From a bacterium (GTDB lineage Bacteria > Bacteroidota > Ignavibacteria > UBA10030), in the NCBI GenBank assembly GCA_043803945.1, contig JAZDJN010000012.1, positions 32,001 through 96,000 of the forward strand: a DNA stretch of 64,000 bases, in the 5' to 3' direction. The notes under the pieces were generated by a model, which was not told the DNA's origin, searched no databases, and saw only the letters and a program-made list of their open reading frames with translations. Each line of letters begins with the position of its first letter. The first letter of the stretch is position 1. Of this stretch, positions 1-9,129 are shown one piece after another. The position numbers were made by a program, and so were the translations under genes.

Positions 1-1
1 A

Positions 2-430
2 CAGCCGGAGACCAACGTGATCCCGCTTCCAACCGGACGTTACCGAAAAGTGGATTTGGTCACACTGCCGCTTCTCTCATCGGTACCCGGCGGCGCGCCA
101 AGTCTGATTTTTCACCCGGACTATGTAGAGAAGTACATTACCGTTGATGACATCAATGATTCGAGCGCCTTTGCCCTTGAAGTAAAAGGCAACAGCATGG
201 CACCGCGCATTGAAGATGGAGACATTATTGTGGTAAGTCCAAAGTTCGATGCGCGCAGCGGCGACATTTGTGTTGTGCGTGTGAACGATGAGGACACCGT
301 GAAGCGCGTAAAGATCGAAGAGCATTACCTCCATCTTATTCCACTTAATCCAGAGTATGAACCGATGGTTGTGAAAAAGAGAGATGTCTCGTTTATCTGG
401 AGAGTGGTGAAGGTGATTAAGAGTGTGTAG
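2..430 (+). CDS. LexA/CI-like S24 peptidase-domain repressor, 5' truncated by window edge
   Basis: S24 catalytic motifs VKGNSMAP (Ser) and TVKR (Lys). Frame is open back to position 2. Confidence 0.85.
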   Translation, partial: QPETNVIPLPTGRYRKVDLVTLPLLSSVPGGAPSLIFHPDYVEKYITVDDINDSSAFALEVKGNSMAPRIEDGDIIVVSPKFDARSGDICVVRVNDEDTVKRVKIEEHYLHLIPLNPEYEPMVVKKRDVSFIWRVVKVIKSV

Positions 431-545
431 GAATATGAGAGTGTGAGAATGGGGGAATGTGGGAGTGTTGGGAATGGGAGACGAGAGGTAGAGTAACGAA
501 TTTGCGATTGCCAATTGCAGAATGAGGAAACAAAGAGCAGAATGC
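422..545 (+). repeat. Degenerate 8-nt/7-nt periodic purine-rich tandem repeats
   Basis: gagtgtga gaatgggg gaatgtgg gagtgttg, followed by cgattgc caattgc. Confidence 0.5.
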
Positions 546-626
546 AGACAGCAGAAAACGATAACAAATCAAAGAGCAACGGTTCAATGAATCATTAGAT
601 CGTTGATCTAAGTTTATTCTTAAATC

Positions 627-721
627 TCTTGGCGTTTTTGGCGCCTTGCCTGCCTGCGTGCCGAAGGCACTTCCGCCTACACAAAGCTTCGGCGGACAAG
701 TCGGCAGGCAGGGCGGTTAAA
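627..721. repeat. Nested REP-like palindromes
   Basis: cctgcctgc(649)...gcaggcagg(712) encloses tccgcctacacaaagcttcggcgga (672-696). The whole block sits inside ttggcgccttg|gcggttaaa. Confidence 0.65.
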
Positions 722-737
722 CATCTTTGGAGGAACA

Positions 738-998
738 ATGGACAAATCATACAAAAACTGTCAGAGCTACGGCATGCCGATTAAGAAAGATCCCAAGAAC
801 GGCGGAACGAATGCAGACGGTACAAAGAACCTGATGTATTGCAGCTACTGCTATGCCGATGGAAAATTCACTCAGCCGGATTGGACAGCACACGACATGC
901 AGCTGTTCGTTAAAAAAACAATGAAGGAGATGGGCTTCCCGGGATTAATCGTGGGATGGTTTACAAAAGGGATACCGAGGTTGGAGAGATGGAAATAA
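738..998 (+). CDS. Putative zinc-ribbon protein (Zn_ribbon_2-like)
   Basis: CQS(Y)GMP...GGTNADG...YCSYCY.DGKF...IPRLERWK. RBS ggagga precedes the ATG. Confidence 0.85.
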   Translation: MDKSYKNCQSYGMPIKKDPKNGGTNADGTKNLMYCSYCYADGKFTQPDWTAHDMQLFVKKTMKEMGFPGLIVGWFTKGIPRLERWK

Positions 999-1185
999 GA
1001 GGAAAGAGGGGAAGATGGGGAGACTGGGAGAGAAGGTGAAGGTGAGAACGTAAGAGGGTGTGAATGATTGTCGATTGACGATCGGGAAAGTTGAGTTCAG
1101 ATAACAGGCAGCAGATTGCAGGTGGCAGACAAGGATACGCTTGCATGCTAACAGCCAAAGGCCAATTGCTGAGAGCTGCAGCAAA
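995..1185 (+). repeat. Degenerate 7/8-nt periodic repeats
   Basis: atgattg tcgattg acgatcg; caggcag cagattg caggtgg cagacaa; atgctaa cagccaa aggccaa ttgctga. Confidence 0.5.
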
Positions 1186-1205
1186 CTACTATTCACCAGA
1201 ATGCT

Positions 1206-2972
1206 TCAATGAATTTTTTCCAACAATGCCATAAAATTACGCTTCTTCTTGTGAGTCGTACGCAGATCGGCCAGATAGTTATTCCACTCTTCTACCTTAC
1301 CAAGCCGTCCAAAAAGTACACCAATCTTTTTTACCAATGCTGACGCGTCACGATAGGCTTCATTATTCATCTGCCTTACGATTGGCTCAACTAACGACCG
1401 ATAGACTGTTAAAGCATCCTCGGGATGATCGTTCTCACGCTTCACAGCAAGCTCGCGCCACAGCGATTCATGGCATCCTCCCTCTTGAGCTTCTCTCCAC
1501 GCCACATCGATATCTTTTTCCCACAGATAGATTCGTACCAGTTCTGAACGATCGTCGGAATTCCAAATCCATTGATTACTCCTCGCCTTGCGTTTAGATT
1601 CTTTGATGCGGTCTCGAATGAGCGGAAGTGCTTTCTCTCTCCACATACCCCATGCTTCATGGCCACCTGCCTGCTCAGCATGAATCTTGAGAAGCTTATA
1701 TTTTTCTAACTGAGGTGAATCGGAAACCTCTGCCCAAATTAGCTGCATTGCATCGTCATGCCTCTTGAGCCAATGGTATTCTTTCGCCAGAAACTTACGC
1801 AGCCGGGAGTCTGTCCGTTTTGGAAAGACCCTTACACCCTCTTCGGCCCACTCCAATGCCTTATCCCTTTTGCCTGCCTCCTTATAAATTTCAGCAATCG
1901 TCAAATATGAGTAGGCATGCGAGAGATCTTTCTTCTTCACAGCGACCAGTTTCTCAACATCTTTTGTTTTCGAGGCAAGAGCCTCCATAATACTCGTAAT
2001 GCGGTATCGATTTCCAGCGAAGCTCTCTCTCTCCTGTCCCGGTTTTAATGCGGGAATTTTTACCCATTCCTTTTCTGCAAGCTCTGCATACACGCTTAAG
2101 CCTTTTTTGCCTAACACCCCTGCATATCGTGTTGATGCTCCATAAAACACTTCCCATTCGCTGTGAAGCTCCCAGTCAAACAGCTTTCGAGCTAATTGTT
2201 CTGGATCGGGTTTTACTTTTACACACGCCTTATAATGAAGTTCCTGAGTATCAGTGAGAATATCGCTCATAGCGCCGTCGGAATCATCCACCATATCCAT
2301 TTGAGCTTCCAGGCTCTTGAGGAAATATTCCGAGATCTCAATAACTGCCAGGGCATGGCCCTCGTGCAGAAGATCATCCAGAGACTCGATGATCTTTTCA
2401 ATTCCCTCTGAGTACTCATACATCGATTTGTAATCGACATAATCCCCCGAATCCACTGCCCGATCGATCTCTCTTTTGAACGTTGGAATTGATATTTTAT
2501 TTTCGCTCTTACTTGCTTTTAGATAAAGGTCGGATCTCAGTTCTTCATTTTTCTTCACACTCTGCATCAACATTGCTATAAGTGTTGTTTTATCCTGCGA
2601 CTCCAAATACGTCTCAACATCTTTTATTTTCAACGGGCTGCCGGATTGTGTCTCTTTAGGCTGAAGAGCACCTTCTTCATGTTTCTTGGACTCCAGGAAC
2701 GCTAAAGCAACAGCGACGCAATGCTTGCAAAAAACCTTATTGTCCTGATGAAATGGACAGGTACAGGAATATTCTAACTTATCCTTTTCTTGCCAAAGCT
2801 CTACTCGATAGACTCGTGAACCATGAACCTTTGCGTAGATTCTCTCATCGTCGATCTCGATATTCTTCACTCTTCCTTCTTCGAAATACTCCTTGCCACG
2901 TGAGTATGATGGCTCACCGACTGATTTTCGAAGCTGGTCGATGGTGAGAAGTTGGGAGATGTTTTTATGCAT
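1206..2972 (-). CDS. SWIM zinc-finger protein with long helical C-terminal region
   Basis: RG..Y...G.V start, CTCP...FCKHCVAV SWIM motif, and C-terminal HKKKRNFM motif. Confidence 0.85.
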   Translation of the reverse strand: MHKNISQLLTIDQLRKSVGEPSYSRGKEYFEEGRVKNIEIDDERIYAKVHGSRVYRVELWQEKDKLEYSCTCPFHQDNKVFCKHCVAVALAFLESKKHEEGALQPKETQSGSPLKIKDVETYLESQDKTTLIAMLMQSVKKNEELRSDLYLKASKSENKISIPTFKREIDRAVDSGDYVDYKSMYEYSEGIEKIIESLDDLLHEGHALAVIEISEYFLKSLEAQMDMVDDSDGAMSDILTDTQELHYKACVKVKPDPEQLARKLFDWELHSEWEVFYGASTRYAGVLGKKGLSVYAELAEKEWVKIPALKPGQERESFAGNRYRITSIMEALASKTKDVEKLVAVKKKDLSHAYSYLTIAEIYKEAGKRDKALEWAEEGVRVFPKRTDSRLRKFLAKEYHWLKRHDDAMQLIWAEVSDSPQLEKYKLLKIHAEQAGGHEAWGMWREKALPLIRDRIKESKRKARSNQWIWNSDDRSELVRIYLWEKDIDVAWREAQEGGCHESLWRELAVKRENDHPEDALTVYRSLVEPIVRQMNNEAYRDASALVKKIGVLFGRLGKVEEWNNYLADLRTTHKKKRNFMALLEKIH

Positions 2973-3155
2973 GATGAATGTTCTGGTTTCGCGTAAGGTT
3001 ATTGAGATTTCATTGATTACGTATTGAATGTAAAAATTCTCATCGAAATTTAAGAGAATGTAAACGAACCTCTCATAAGATATAAAGTCGTCTTTTGGGA
3101 AAATTGATTTTCAATTTCTCAAACCACACATCGAGAGCGAACAAGTGCCGATCCT

Positions 3156-3263
3156 ATGAAGAAAAATCCGGTTGTTCACGAGTATTTTTCCATTGACATC
3201 GATCTCGTATGGCAAATTACCCCAAAAAGCCTGCCCGACCTCAAGATCAACTTACAACATTAA
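3156..3263 (+). pseudogene. Remnant C-terminus of HepT/DUF86 (HEPN) toxin
   Basis: Own translation gives MKKNPVVHEYFSIDIDLVWQITPKSLPDLKINLQH*, resembling the R-N-x3-H-x-Y..ID...VW......LP.LK tail. The N-terminal part is absent. Confidence 0.65.
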
Positions 3264-3592
3264 AGGATCTTGCAGGGTAGCCCCCGATTCATAAGCTGCG
3301 ATTTCTTTTGGGAATCATCTCTCAGCGTCATCTGCGAAATTACCATATATTATTGTGTACAAATATATACTTTTGTATATGAAGTACAAACACATGGCCA
3401 TCGTGCCAACGGCACAGAATTTCCCAAATTTCCATGAGTTTGATCTTTTCGAATGCCATCTGTCAATCCTCCATAGTGATGAAATAGCGATTAAGCCAAA
3501 GGCTTATGAGCCTTCGGCTCAGAGGAGACAAAGTATGGCTGTTCCTAAAACAGAATCAACTCCGGGTGGGGTAACTTTGACAGGGGGTCAGT

Positions 3593-3673
3593 GGGGAATG
3601 ATCTGACCCTGGAAACGGGGAATCATCTGGCCCTGAAGGCCTCTAACATGGGGAATTGTGGTGACCCTTGACA
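3593..3673. mobile_element. Orphan IS21-family-like terminal end with subterminal repeats
   Basis: GGGGAATGATCTGACCCT (3593), GGGGAATCATCTGGCCCT (3617) and GGGGAATTGTGGTGACCCT (3650), ending in TGACA. The reverse strand reads TGTCAAGGGTCACCACAATTCCCC. No istA/istB in the window. Confidence 0.6.
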
Positions 3674-3972
3674 GATATAAAAATAATCATAAAAAAAGCC
3701 TTTTTTGTATCTCGATGTGCGCGTTTGGTTTTGTTGTTCTTCTTACTAGTTCTTCCAGACACTCCCCGCCATAATGATCAGTAGGTTTACTCACCATCTT
3801 GTTGGGCGGGCAAGCCGCGACAGAATCAAACTTATCTCCTGAATTATACATCCCTGCAAAGTATCTCCTTTACACTCCTCTACCAACAGCTGATAAATCT
3901 CTTCCTACATATGCTTTGTTTTCACAACCGGAATTACTGAATTCTATATTATCAATACTAATTATGTATTCT

Positions 3973-4695
3973 TCATCCCGCTTTCTTCATTCTCGGCATT
4001 TCATCCCAGGTTTTACCTTCAAGCAATCTGCCCGCTTTTTTCTTGTTCGTACCTCCCCATTGCTTGAAGAAGAATGGAACACGATTATTAAAACATTGGT
4101 CGCGGATATCTAGCACCCAGGCTTCATCCATTGGCCGCGCTCCAGGACCTGATTCTCCACCTACGATCACCCAATCGATCTTCTTGAGATTCAGTTTGCG
4201 AAGTGGTCCAAGCAGCGGTTCAAGTGAGAGGAACTTTACAAGAGCACCTGTCGCCCTCAAATCATCAATGCGGTGTATGTAATCCTGATTCTCGACACTG
4301 ACACCCATCCAGATGTTTGGTGTCCACTTCAGCAGCGGGCTGAGTTCTCGAAGCCGTTCTGAGCGTTTTGTCAAAACTTGAAAACGATGCCAGTGAGTCT
4401 GTCCCATCACGTCAAATACTTTTTGGATGAATGCAAGCGGAACATCTTTATGGAATAAGTCACTCATCGAATTTACAAAGATCGTTTGCGGCTTCTTCCA
4501 CTGGAGCGGAAGATCCACCGCATGGTCGTGCAACGTTAGTTTGAATCCATTAGTATAGTTCGCCTGTCCCATTCGCTGTAAACGGTATGCCATACGTTCT
4601 GCATAGCAATGCTTGCAGCCCGGACTGATTTTATTACAGCCAGTAACCGGATTCCATGTAGATTCAGTCCATTCGATCTGTGATTTTTGCGCCAT
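3973..4695 (-). CDS. DUF5131 family (phage Gp37/Gp68-like) three-Cys-motif protein
   Basis: [63 protein letters not shown]. Confidence 0.95.
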   Translation of the reverse strand: MAQKSQIEWTESTWNPVTGCNKISPGCKHCYAERMAYRLQRMGQANYTNGFKLTLHDHAVDLPLQWKKPQTIFVNSMSDLFHKDVPLAFIQKVFDVMGQTHWHRFQVLTKRSERLRELSPLLKWTPNIWMGVSVENQDYIHRIDDLRATGALVKFLSLEPLLGPLRKLNLKKIDWVIVGGESGPGARPMDEAWVLDIRDQCFNNRVPFFFKQWGGTNKKKAGRLLEGKTWDEMPRMKKAG

Positions 4696-4696
4696 G

Positions 4697-5572
4697 TTAT
4701 TCTAATATTTCTTGTGCAATTTTAATTGCGGTTTTTGCTCCTTTTACGTTCGCTGCTGCGAAACAGAGCAAATAAAGAGGAATATTTTTCCTGTTTAGAA
4801 GTAGAAGGGGATTAGAAGCGACTCCAGGAAATATACTTGAAAGTCGATTCACAAAATACTCAGCAATCGAATCAAAATTGCAGTTCTTTATTGTCAAATT
4901 TTCCTCACCAAAAAGATTCTCTTCTCTCGTTTTCTTATAGAATGCTCGGTACCACCCCGATGAACCGAAGACAACATTCAACCGCTTGCGAACTGCTGGA
5001 TTTATTTGCGCATCTCGTCGAAGCAACCGATTAACTGCCACACCCAGAGGGAAGAGAATCCAGAGATCGATGGCTTTAGTTTCTGCTATCGCTTCTATTG
5101 TATTCCACGCGACTTGCATACCGTATGGATCAAGAAAGAGCACTGCCCTGTTCTTTTTCCAATCATAATTCCGGCATCTGTCTTGAAGCCATTCGTTTGC
5201 GTCTTCATTGACAATTGAGACATCTTTGGAAAGTTCGGGATATGAATTGCGTAATGCCTCAAGTTCGACAATCTTGTTTGCATTGCGTTCAATGAAAATA
5301 TACTTGGAAAACCGCGGCTTCACTTCCAATGCAATTCTGGCGGAGCCATCAACGAATGTCCTCGTTTCAGGTTCCAGTAGTTCCGGTATGGCTAATTGCA
5401 ATTCATTTTCTTCTGGAGAAATTGTTCGATAACCCGTTCCCGCAAACGCATCGATAAATGCAAACCTAAACGGCTGCTTATTCATGATGGTTGCATAGGC
5501 AACAAGATACTTCTTCAGCCTCAACAACTTATCATTTGTCCAATCGCCGCCAAAGCTATGATGAGATACCAA
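4697..5572 (-). CDS. tcmP: Three-Cys-motif partner protein (SAM-dependent methyltransferase fold)
   Basis: [20 protein letters not shown] and LFLDPYG motifs. Lies 1 bp upstream of DUF5131. Confidence 0.85.
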   Translation of the reverse strand: MVSHHSFGGDWTNDKLLRLKKYLVAYATIMNKQPFRFAFIDAFAGTGYRTISPEENELQLAIPELLEPETRTFVDGSARIALEVKPRFSKYIFIERNANKIVELEALRNSYPELSKDVSIVNEDANEWLQDRCRNYDWKKNRAVLFLDPYGMQVAWNTIEAIAETKAIDLWILFPLGVAVNRLLRRDAQINPAVRKRLNVVFGSSGWYRAFYKKTREENLFGEENLTIKNCNFDSIAEYFVNRLSSIFPGVASNPLLLLNRKNIPLYLLCFAAANVKGAKTAIKIAQEILE

Positions 5573-5682
5573 GGTGCTTTCTCCCGTATGATTCTACACC
5601 TTCTCCGTCCCCTGATTGAGCAGGTACTCCTGAAACCGATCAAGTTCTATCTTGATCTTGGTCATGGTCAGGAAATTGATAA

Positions 5683-6108
5683 TTACATCGAATGAATCAA
5701 CCGCGTGAATCCTTCCTGCTCGAAGTGATGATCGCTTGACAATACTTCTGTTATCGCATTCTCATTCATCACTTGCATAGAAACACAATCAATGAAACTA
5801 GACTCTTTATCCAAACGAGATTTGTAGAATGAGACACTTCTGACAAATAAATCTCGCGTCTGTGGGAATACTCTCACATTAGGATTCTGGAGAATCTTAT
5901 TTACCGCTTCAGCAGCTTTTAGTCTCCATCCTTCTCCGAACCTCGAAAATAGATTAAGAACTTCTCCAAGGACGAATTCTGTAGTTATATACAACACTGG
6001 ACCATGCTTTTTAAGTTCTTCGTCGGCTCGCCTTGCTGCAAGATGGTGCTGATCTTGAGTATCAAGTATCGCAACCCAAAAACAAGTGTCTGCAAAAACC
6101 TGCTTCAT
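5683..6108 (-). CDS. PIN-domain (VapC-like) ribonuclease toxin
   Basis: VFADT, TTEFVLGE, SFIDCVS and SSDHHF supply the PIN acidic residues. Confidence 0.9.
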   Translation of the reverse strand: MKQVFADTCFWVAILDTQDQHHLAARRADEELKKHGPVLYITTEFVLGEVLNLFSRFGEGWRLKAAEAVNKILQNPNVRVFPQTRDLFVRSVSFYKSRLDKESSFIDCVSMQVMNENAITEVLSSDHHFEQEGFTRLIHSM

Positions 6109-6113
6109 GAATG

Positions 6114-7010
6114 CTAACGGTTGTAGAGGTACTTATCGTGACTCGAAGAGAAATCTTTGGGTAATTTCTTTATTTCTTCCTCAGGGATATCTGCCACAAG
6201 AGACAGAAGCTCATCAACAATAGACGGCGCTTCTATACTGAGTTGATTTTCATCGCTTGTTTCCTCCAGTGAATCAACTCGCACAATCTTTTTCAATGTA
6301 CCATCTGGATTGAATTCGCCCCACCCTCTCACGCGAAGTTTCTTAGATCGATGTTCTTTAAGAGCAGTTGTCACCGTCTCTTCAGCCTCTACCGGAAACG
6401 CTACAGGGAAGTTTATACCCTCTCCTTTATAGAGTTGAAAACTATTATGGACTACATCCGCTGCTCCAACCATACCCACGATATCAACTATGTCTTCAAA
6501 GCTTTTTTCTGCAAACTTTAAGATACGAGCCCGAACCTCGGGAGTGTATTCAACAGCTTTCGATTTTGAAGGGTGAATATGGAGCTTTTCATTCTCTCGC
6601 AGTGTCGAGCCGAGCTTACCAAAAAGTGGGATAATGTTCTTCGGTAAATTTTCCGGTAGCGGCGAATCTTGTTGGAGGCATTCTATGGTTCTCCCCGTCA
6701 ACTCAACAGCTTCCACGACCGGTTCCTCTTCAAATACTTCTAATTGTACACCATCTTCAAAATAGGCTTCTAATGGAAGTACTGCGCTTCCATCACCGAT
6801 ATGCGTAAAACGAAGGATTGTTCTCTGCTCGAAGTTGCGAGGTATTCTTTCTCGCTCTGGATGTTTTCTCTTATACAATTCAACAGCAGTCTTGGTAACG
6901 AGGCTTTGATATTCGATTAGCTCTGATAGCACATCAAGTGTGAGGGCGTGACCTTCGAATCTCTGACCTTCCAGCCTTAGCTCAACTATTTCTATCCATT
7001 TGCCAGCCAT
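6114..7010 (-). CDS. 298-aa protein ending in an antitoxin-like tail, putative PIN antitoxin
   Basis: Lies 5 bp upstream of the PIN gene. C-terminus LPKDFSSSHDKYLY resembles the P.D.S..HD.YLY tail of small PIN antitoxins. Confidence 0.6.
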   Translation of the reverse strand: MAGKWIEIVELRLEGQRFEGHALTLDVLSELIEYQSLVTKTAVELYKRKHPERERIPRNFEQRTILRFTHIGDGSAVLPLEAYFEDGVQLEVFEEEPVVEAVELTGRTIECLQQDSPLPENLPKNIIPLFGKLGSTLRENEKLHIHPSKSKAVEYTPEVRARILKFAEKSFEDIVDIVGMVGAADVVHNSFQLYKGEGINFPVAFPVEAEETVTTALKEHRSKKLRVRGWGEFNPDGTLKKIVRVDSLEETSDENQLSIEAPSIVDELLSLVADIPEEEIKKLPKDFSSSHDKYLYNR

Positions 7011-7083
7011 CGAAATAAACCCTGAAGTATCATTTAGGAAGGATATTCATGTTCAAATGAATCAGTGCAACTTGACGCTGTTA

Positions 7084-7112
7084 ATATTAGGTAATCGAGA
7101 GTGTAAAAGCAA
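7084..7112 (-). promoter_or_regulatory. Predicted sigma70 promoter of the antitoxin-PIN-tcmP-DUF5131 run
   Basis: TTGCTT-17 nt-TAATAT on the minus strand. Confidence 0.45.
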
Positions 7113-7320
7113 CCGCTAACCCTGGACCGGATTGATTCATAATAAGAAGGAGAATGGGAGGCAGAATCGGCCCGACTTAGAATAAAAACATCTTATATTT
7201 ACAGCCATTTTAACGTCTTTCTTCTTTCATCTTACTGATTCAGGTCGGGAGGAGACCTCCCTCCCAGCATTGATAATTAGAAAGTCTTCCATTTCCCGTT
7301 TCCGCCTCCTCTCTTAATGT

Positions 7321-7460
7321 CGTCTGCTCTCTACGATCTGTAGTCTGACGTCTGCAGTCTGTCTTCTGCCATCTGCAATCTGCCATTACCAATCCCCCCA
7401 TCACTCCTTCTCCCACTCTCATACTCTTATACACTCTTACCCTCTTACGCTCATACCCTC
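7321..7460. repeat. Heptamer (NNTCTGN x9) then octamer (TCNTACNC x6) degenerate tandem repeats
   Basis: cgtctgc tctctac gatctgt agtctga cgtctgc agtctgt cttctgc catctgc aatctgc; tcccactc tcatactc ttatacac tcttaccc tcttacgc tcataccc. Confidence 0.8.
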
Positions 7461-8088
7461 AAATCTTTTTCCACTCTTGCCTAAACACAAACACTCCGCT
7501 CTGCCATATCTCTTCCGGCGATGTGTTTGATGGATGTGTTGGAGTTGTGAGAATTTCCTTGCCAATGTTTTGATAGCACAGACGTACGAATGTTGCACAT
7601 TGAATGGCATGCTTCATATCGAAAATATTTTTCTTCGATAAGGCCTTTGTGAGTATCGCCCAGAGCGTGCCGAAGAGTTCACCGACCGGATACCGGTAGT
7701 GGTTCTCATCATACGCCAACTCGAGAGCTTTCCTTAACATTACCTCCTGCTCCTGCTGTGAAAGAGGTAATCCAAGCACACCGGCATAATCGAGATCGTC
7801 TCGGCACCACTTCACGATGCGGCTCTCCATCAAACCGTTCTTCACCTCCCAGTCCTTGACGCTCACGTGAAGGTCGCTCTCGAAGATATAGATGCCGCCG
7901 TCACCGCGACCGTCATCGCGGCACGGTCCCATTATAAAGACATGGTTAAACTTCGACGGTTTCTTATCCGGTGTTATACCGCTCTGCGCTTCACGGATAA
8001 GCTTATAGACCGGGTCTGAGGATCCAATAAGACAGATACGTCCCGGCGCATAATGCTGCCGGAAGAAGTTGAGGACTTGTGTGTTCAT
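7459..8088 (-). CDS. Permuted papain-like NlpC/P60 enzyme (YiiX/YaeF-like)
   Basis: His precedes Cys: FNHVFI...IFES...Y...IQCATFVRLCY...TSPEEI. Confidence 0.7.
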   Translation of the reverse strand: MNTQVLNFFRQHYAPGRICLIGSSDPVYKLIREAQSGITPDKKPSKFNHVFIMGPCRDDGRGDGGIYIFESDLHVSVKDWEVKNGLMESRIVKWCRDDLDYAGVLGLPLSQQEQEVMLRKALELAYDENHYRYPVGELFGTLWAILTKALSKKNIFDMKHAIQCATFVRLCYQNIGKEILTTPTHPSNTSPEEIWQSGVFVFRQEWKKI

Positions 8089-8127
8089 AGAGTTGCTCCT
8101 TCTGTTATAGAAATCAATCAGTCTCGA

Positions 8128-8678
8128 TGCACCCTTCGACTTCGTCCCGACTCATCAAGATGAATCGGGACTGCGCTCAGGGTGACAGGATTAAGTTTTC
8201 AAAGATAATAGTCAGTCTGAGCGCAGTGAGTGCTTTCTACGAACGAAGTCGATGACCGCTGTGAGGAAATAATGCATTTTGCATCCTTCGACTTCTCTCG
8301 TCCCGACAGGTCGAGCCGAGCTGCCTGCCCGCCAATTTGTGAGCAAGAATGGCAGGCGAGCGCTCAGGGTGACAGGATTAAGTTTTCAAAGATAATAGTC
8401 AGTCTGAGCGCAGTGAGTGCTTTTTACGAACGAAGTCGAAGACTGCGGATAGGAAATAATTCATTTTGCATCCTTCGACTCTATCCTGATTCATCGAAAT
8501 GAACCGGAATTGCGCTCAGGATGACTGGAGTTTTTAAAGTAAGAACCATAGTCAGTCTGAGCGCAGTGAGTGCTTTCTACGAACGAAGTCGAAGACTGTG
8601 GATAGGAAATAATTCATTTTGCATCCTTCGACTCCATCCCGATTCATCGAAATGAACCGGGATTGCGCTCAGGATGAC
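8128..8678. repeat. BIME-like array of alternating inverted REP-type units (4 forward, 3 reverse)
   Basis: A units ccttcgact...cgctcagg(g/a)tgac at about 8128, 8281, 8468 and 8621. B units gtcagtctgagcgcag...gaagtcga(a/t)gac at 8211, 8398 and 8551. Spacers are conserved. Confidence 0.9.
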
Positions 8679-8986
8679 TCTCTCTTTTTTCGTCTTTCAA
8701 CCATTTCCTTTGATTGGGCAAGTTCATGGATCAGATCAAAGTCTCCTTTTATCAGTGCTTCCTTCTTTTTCCGCGACCAGCCTTTGATTTGCCTCTCCGC
8801 GCATATTGCCTGGTAGATATCCGGAAATTCGTCCGACCAAACCAGCTTGACAGGTCGACGCCTCGAAGTGTAGCCTTCATAGATTCCTAATTCATGCGCA
8901 CTTATTCGCGTCTCCGGCTGAGTCGTACATCCGGTGTAATATGAGCCATCAGAGCATTCGAGTATGTACACCCAGGCTTTCTTCAC
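8669..8986 (-). CDS. Small GIY-YIG nuclease (UPF0213-like)
   Basis: WVYILECSDGSYYTGCT...R...H..G...YT..RRPV.L...AI.AERQIKGWSRKKKEALI. Confidence 0.92.
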   Translation of the reverse strand: MKKAWVYILECSDGSYYTGCTTQPETRISAHELGIYEGYTSRRRPVKLVWSDEFPDIYQAICAERQIKGWSRKKKEALIKGDFDLIHELAQSKEMVERRKKRESS

Positions 8987-9089
8987 ATCTATTGTTCCTG
9001 ACCATCACCATCACAAGCGATGACTTTTTTGAAATCATTGTCTATGTTTCAACGGAGGTTATTATGATATTCATTTTTTGCTTCAACGT

Positions 9090-9129
9090 GTGAAATCAGT
9101 GTAATCAGTGAAATCAGCGTAATCAGCGG
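9090..9129. repeat. Nonamer tandem repeat overlapping a stop codon
   Basis: gtgaaatca gtgtaatca gtgaaatca gcgtaatca gcgg. Confidence 0.75.

Noticed and set aside
3355-3606. 83-aa ORF
   Set aside because: Runs through a palindrome and the IS-like repeats, with no protein motif.
3593-3668. Mini-CRISPR
   Set aside because: Repeats are degenerate 18-19-mers separated by only 6-15 bp and end in TGACA, which fits an IS end.
3766-3810. Integron attC site (GCCCAAC core on the minus strand, ccgcc/ggcgg arms)
   Set aside because: Only about 40 bp, the opposite core is not GTTRRRY, and there is no integrase or second site in the window.
7240-7434. 64-aa ORF with repetitive sequence
   Set aside because: It is a translation of the heptamer/octamer tract.
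8128-8678. CRISPR array
   Set aside because: Units alternate in orientation, spacers are repeated rather than unique, and there are no cas genes. It fits REP/BIME.
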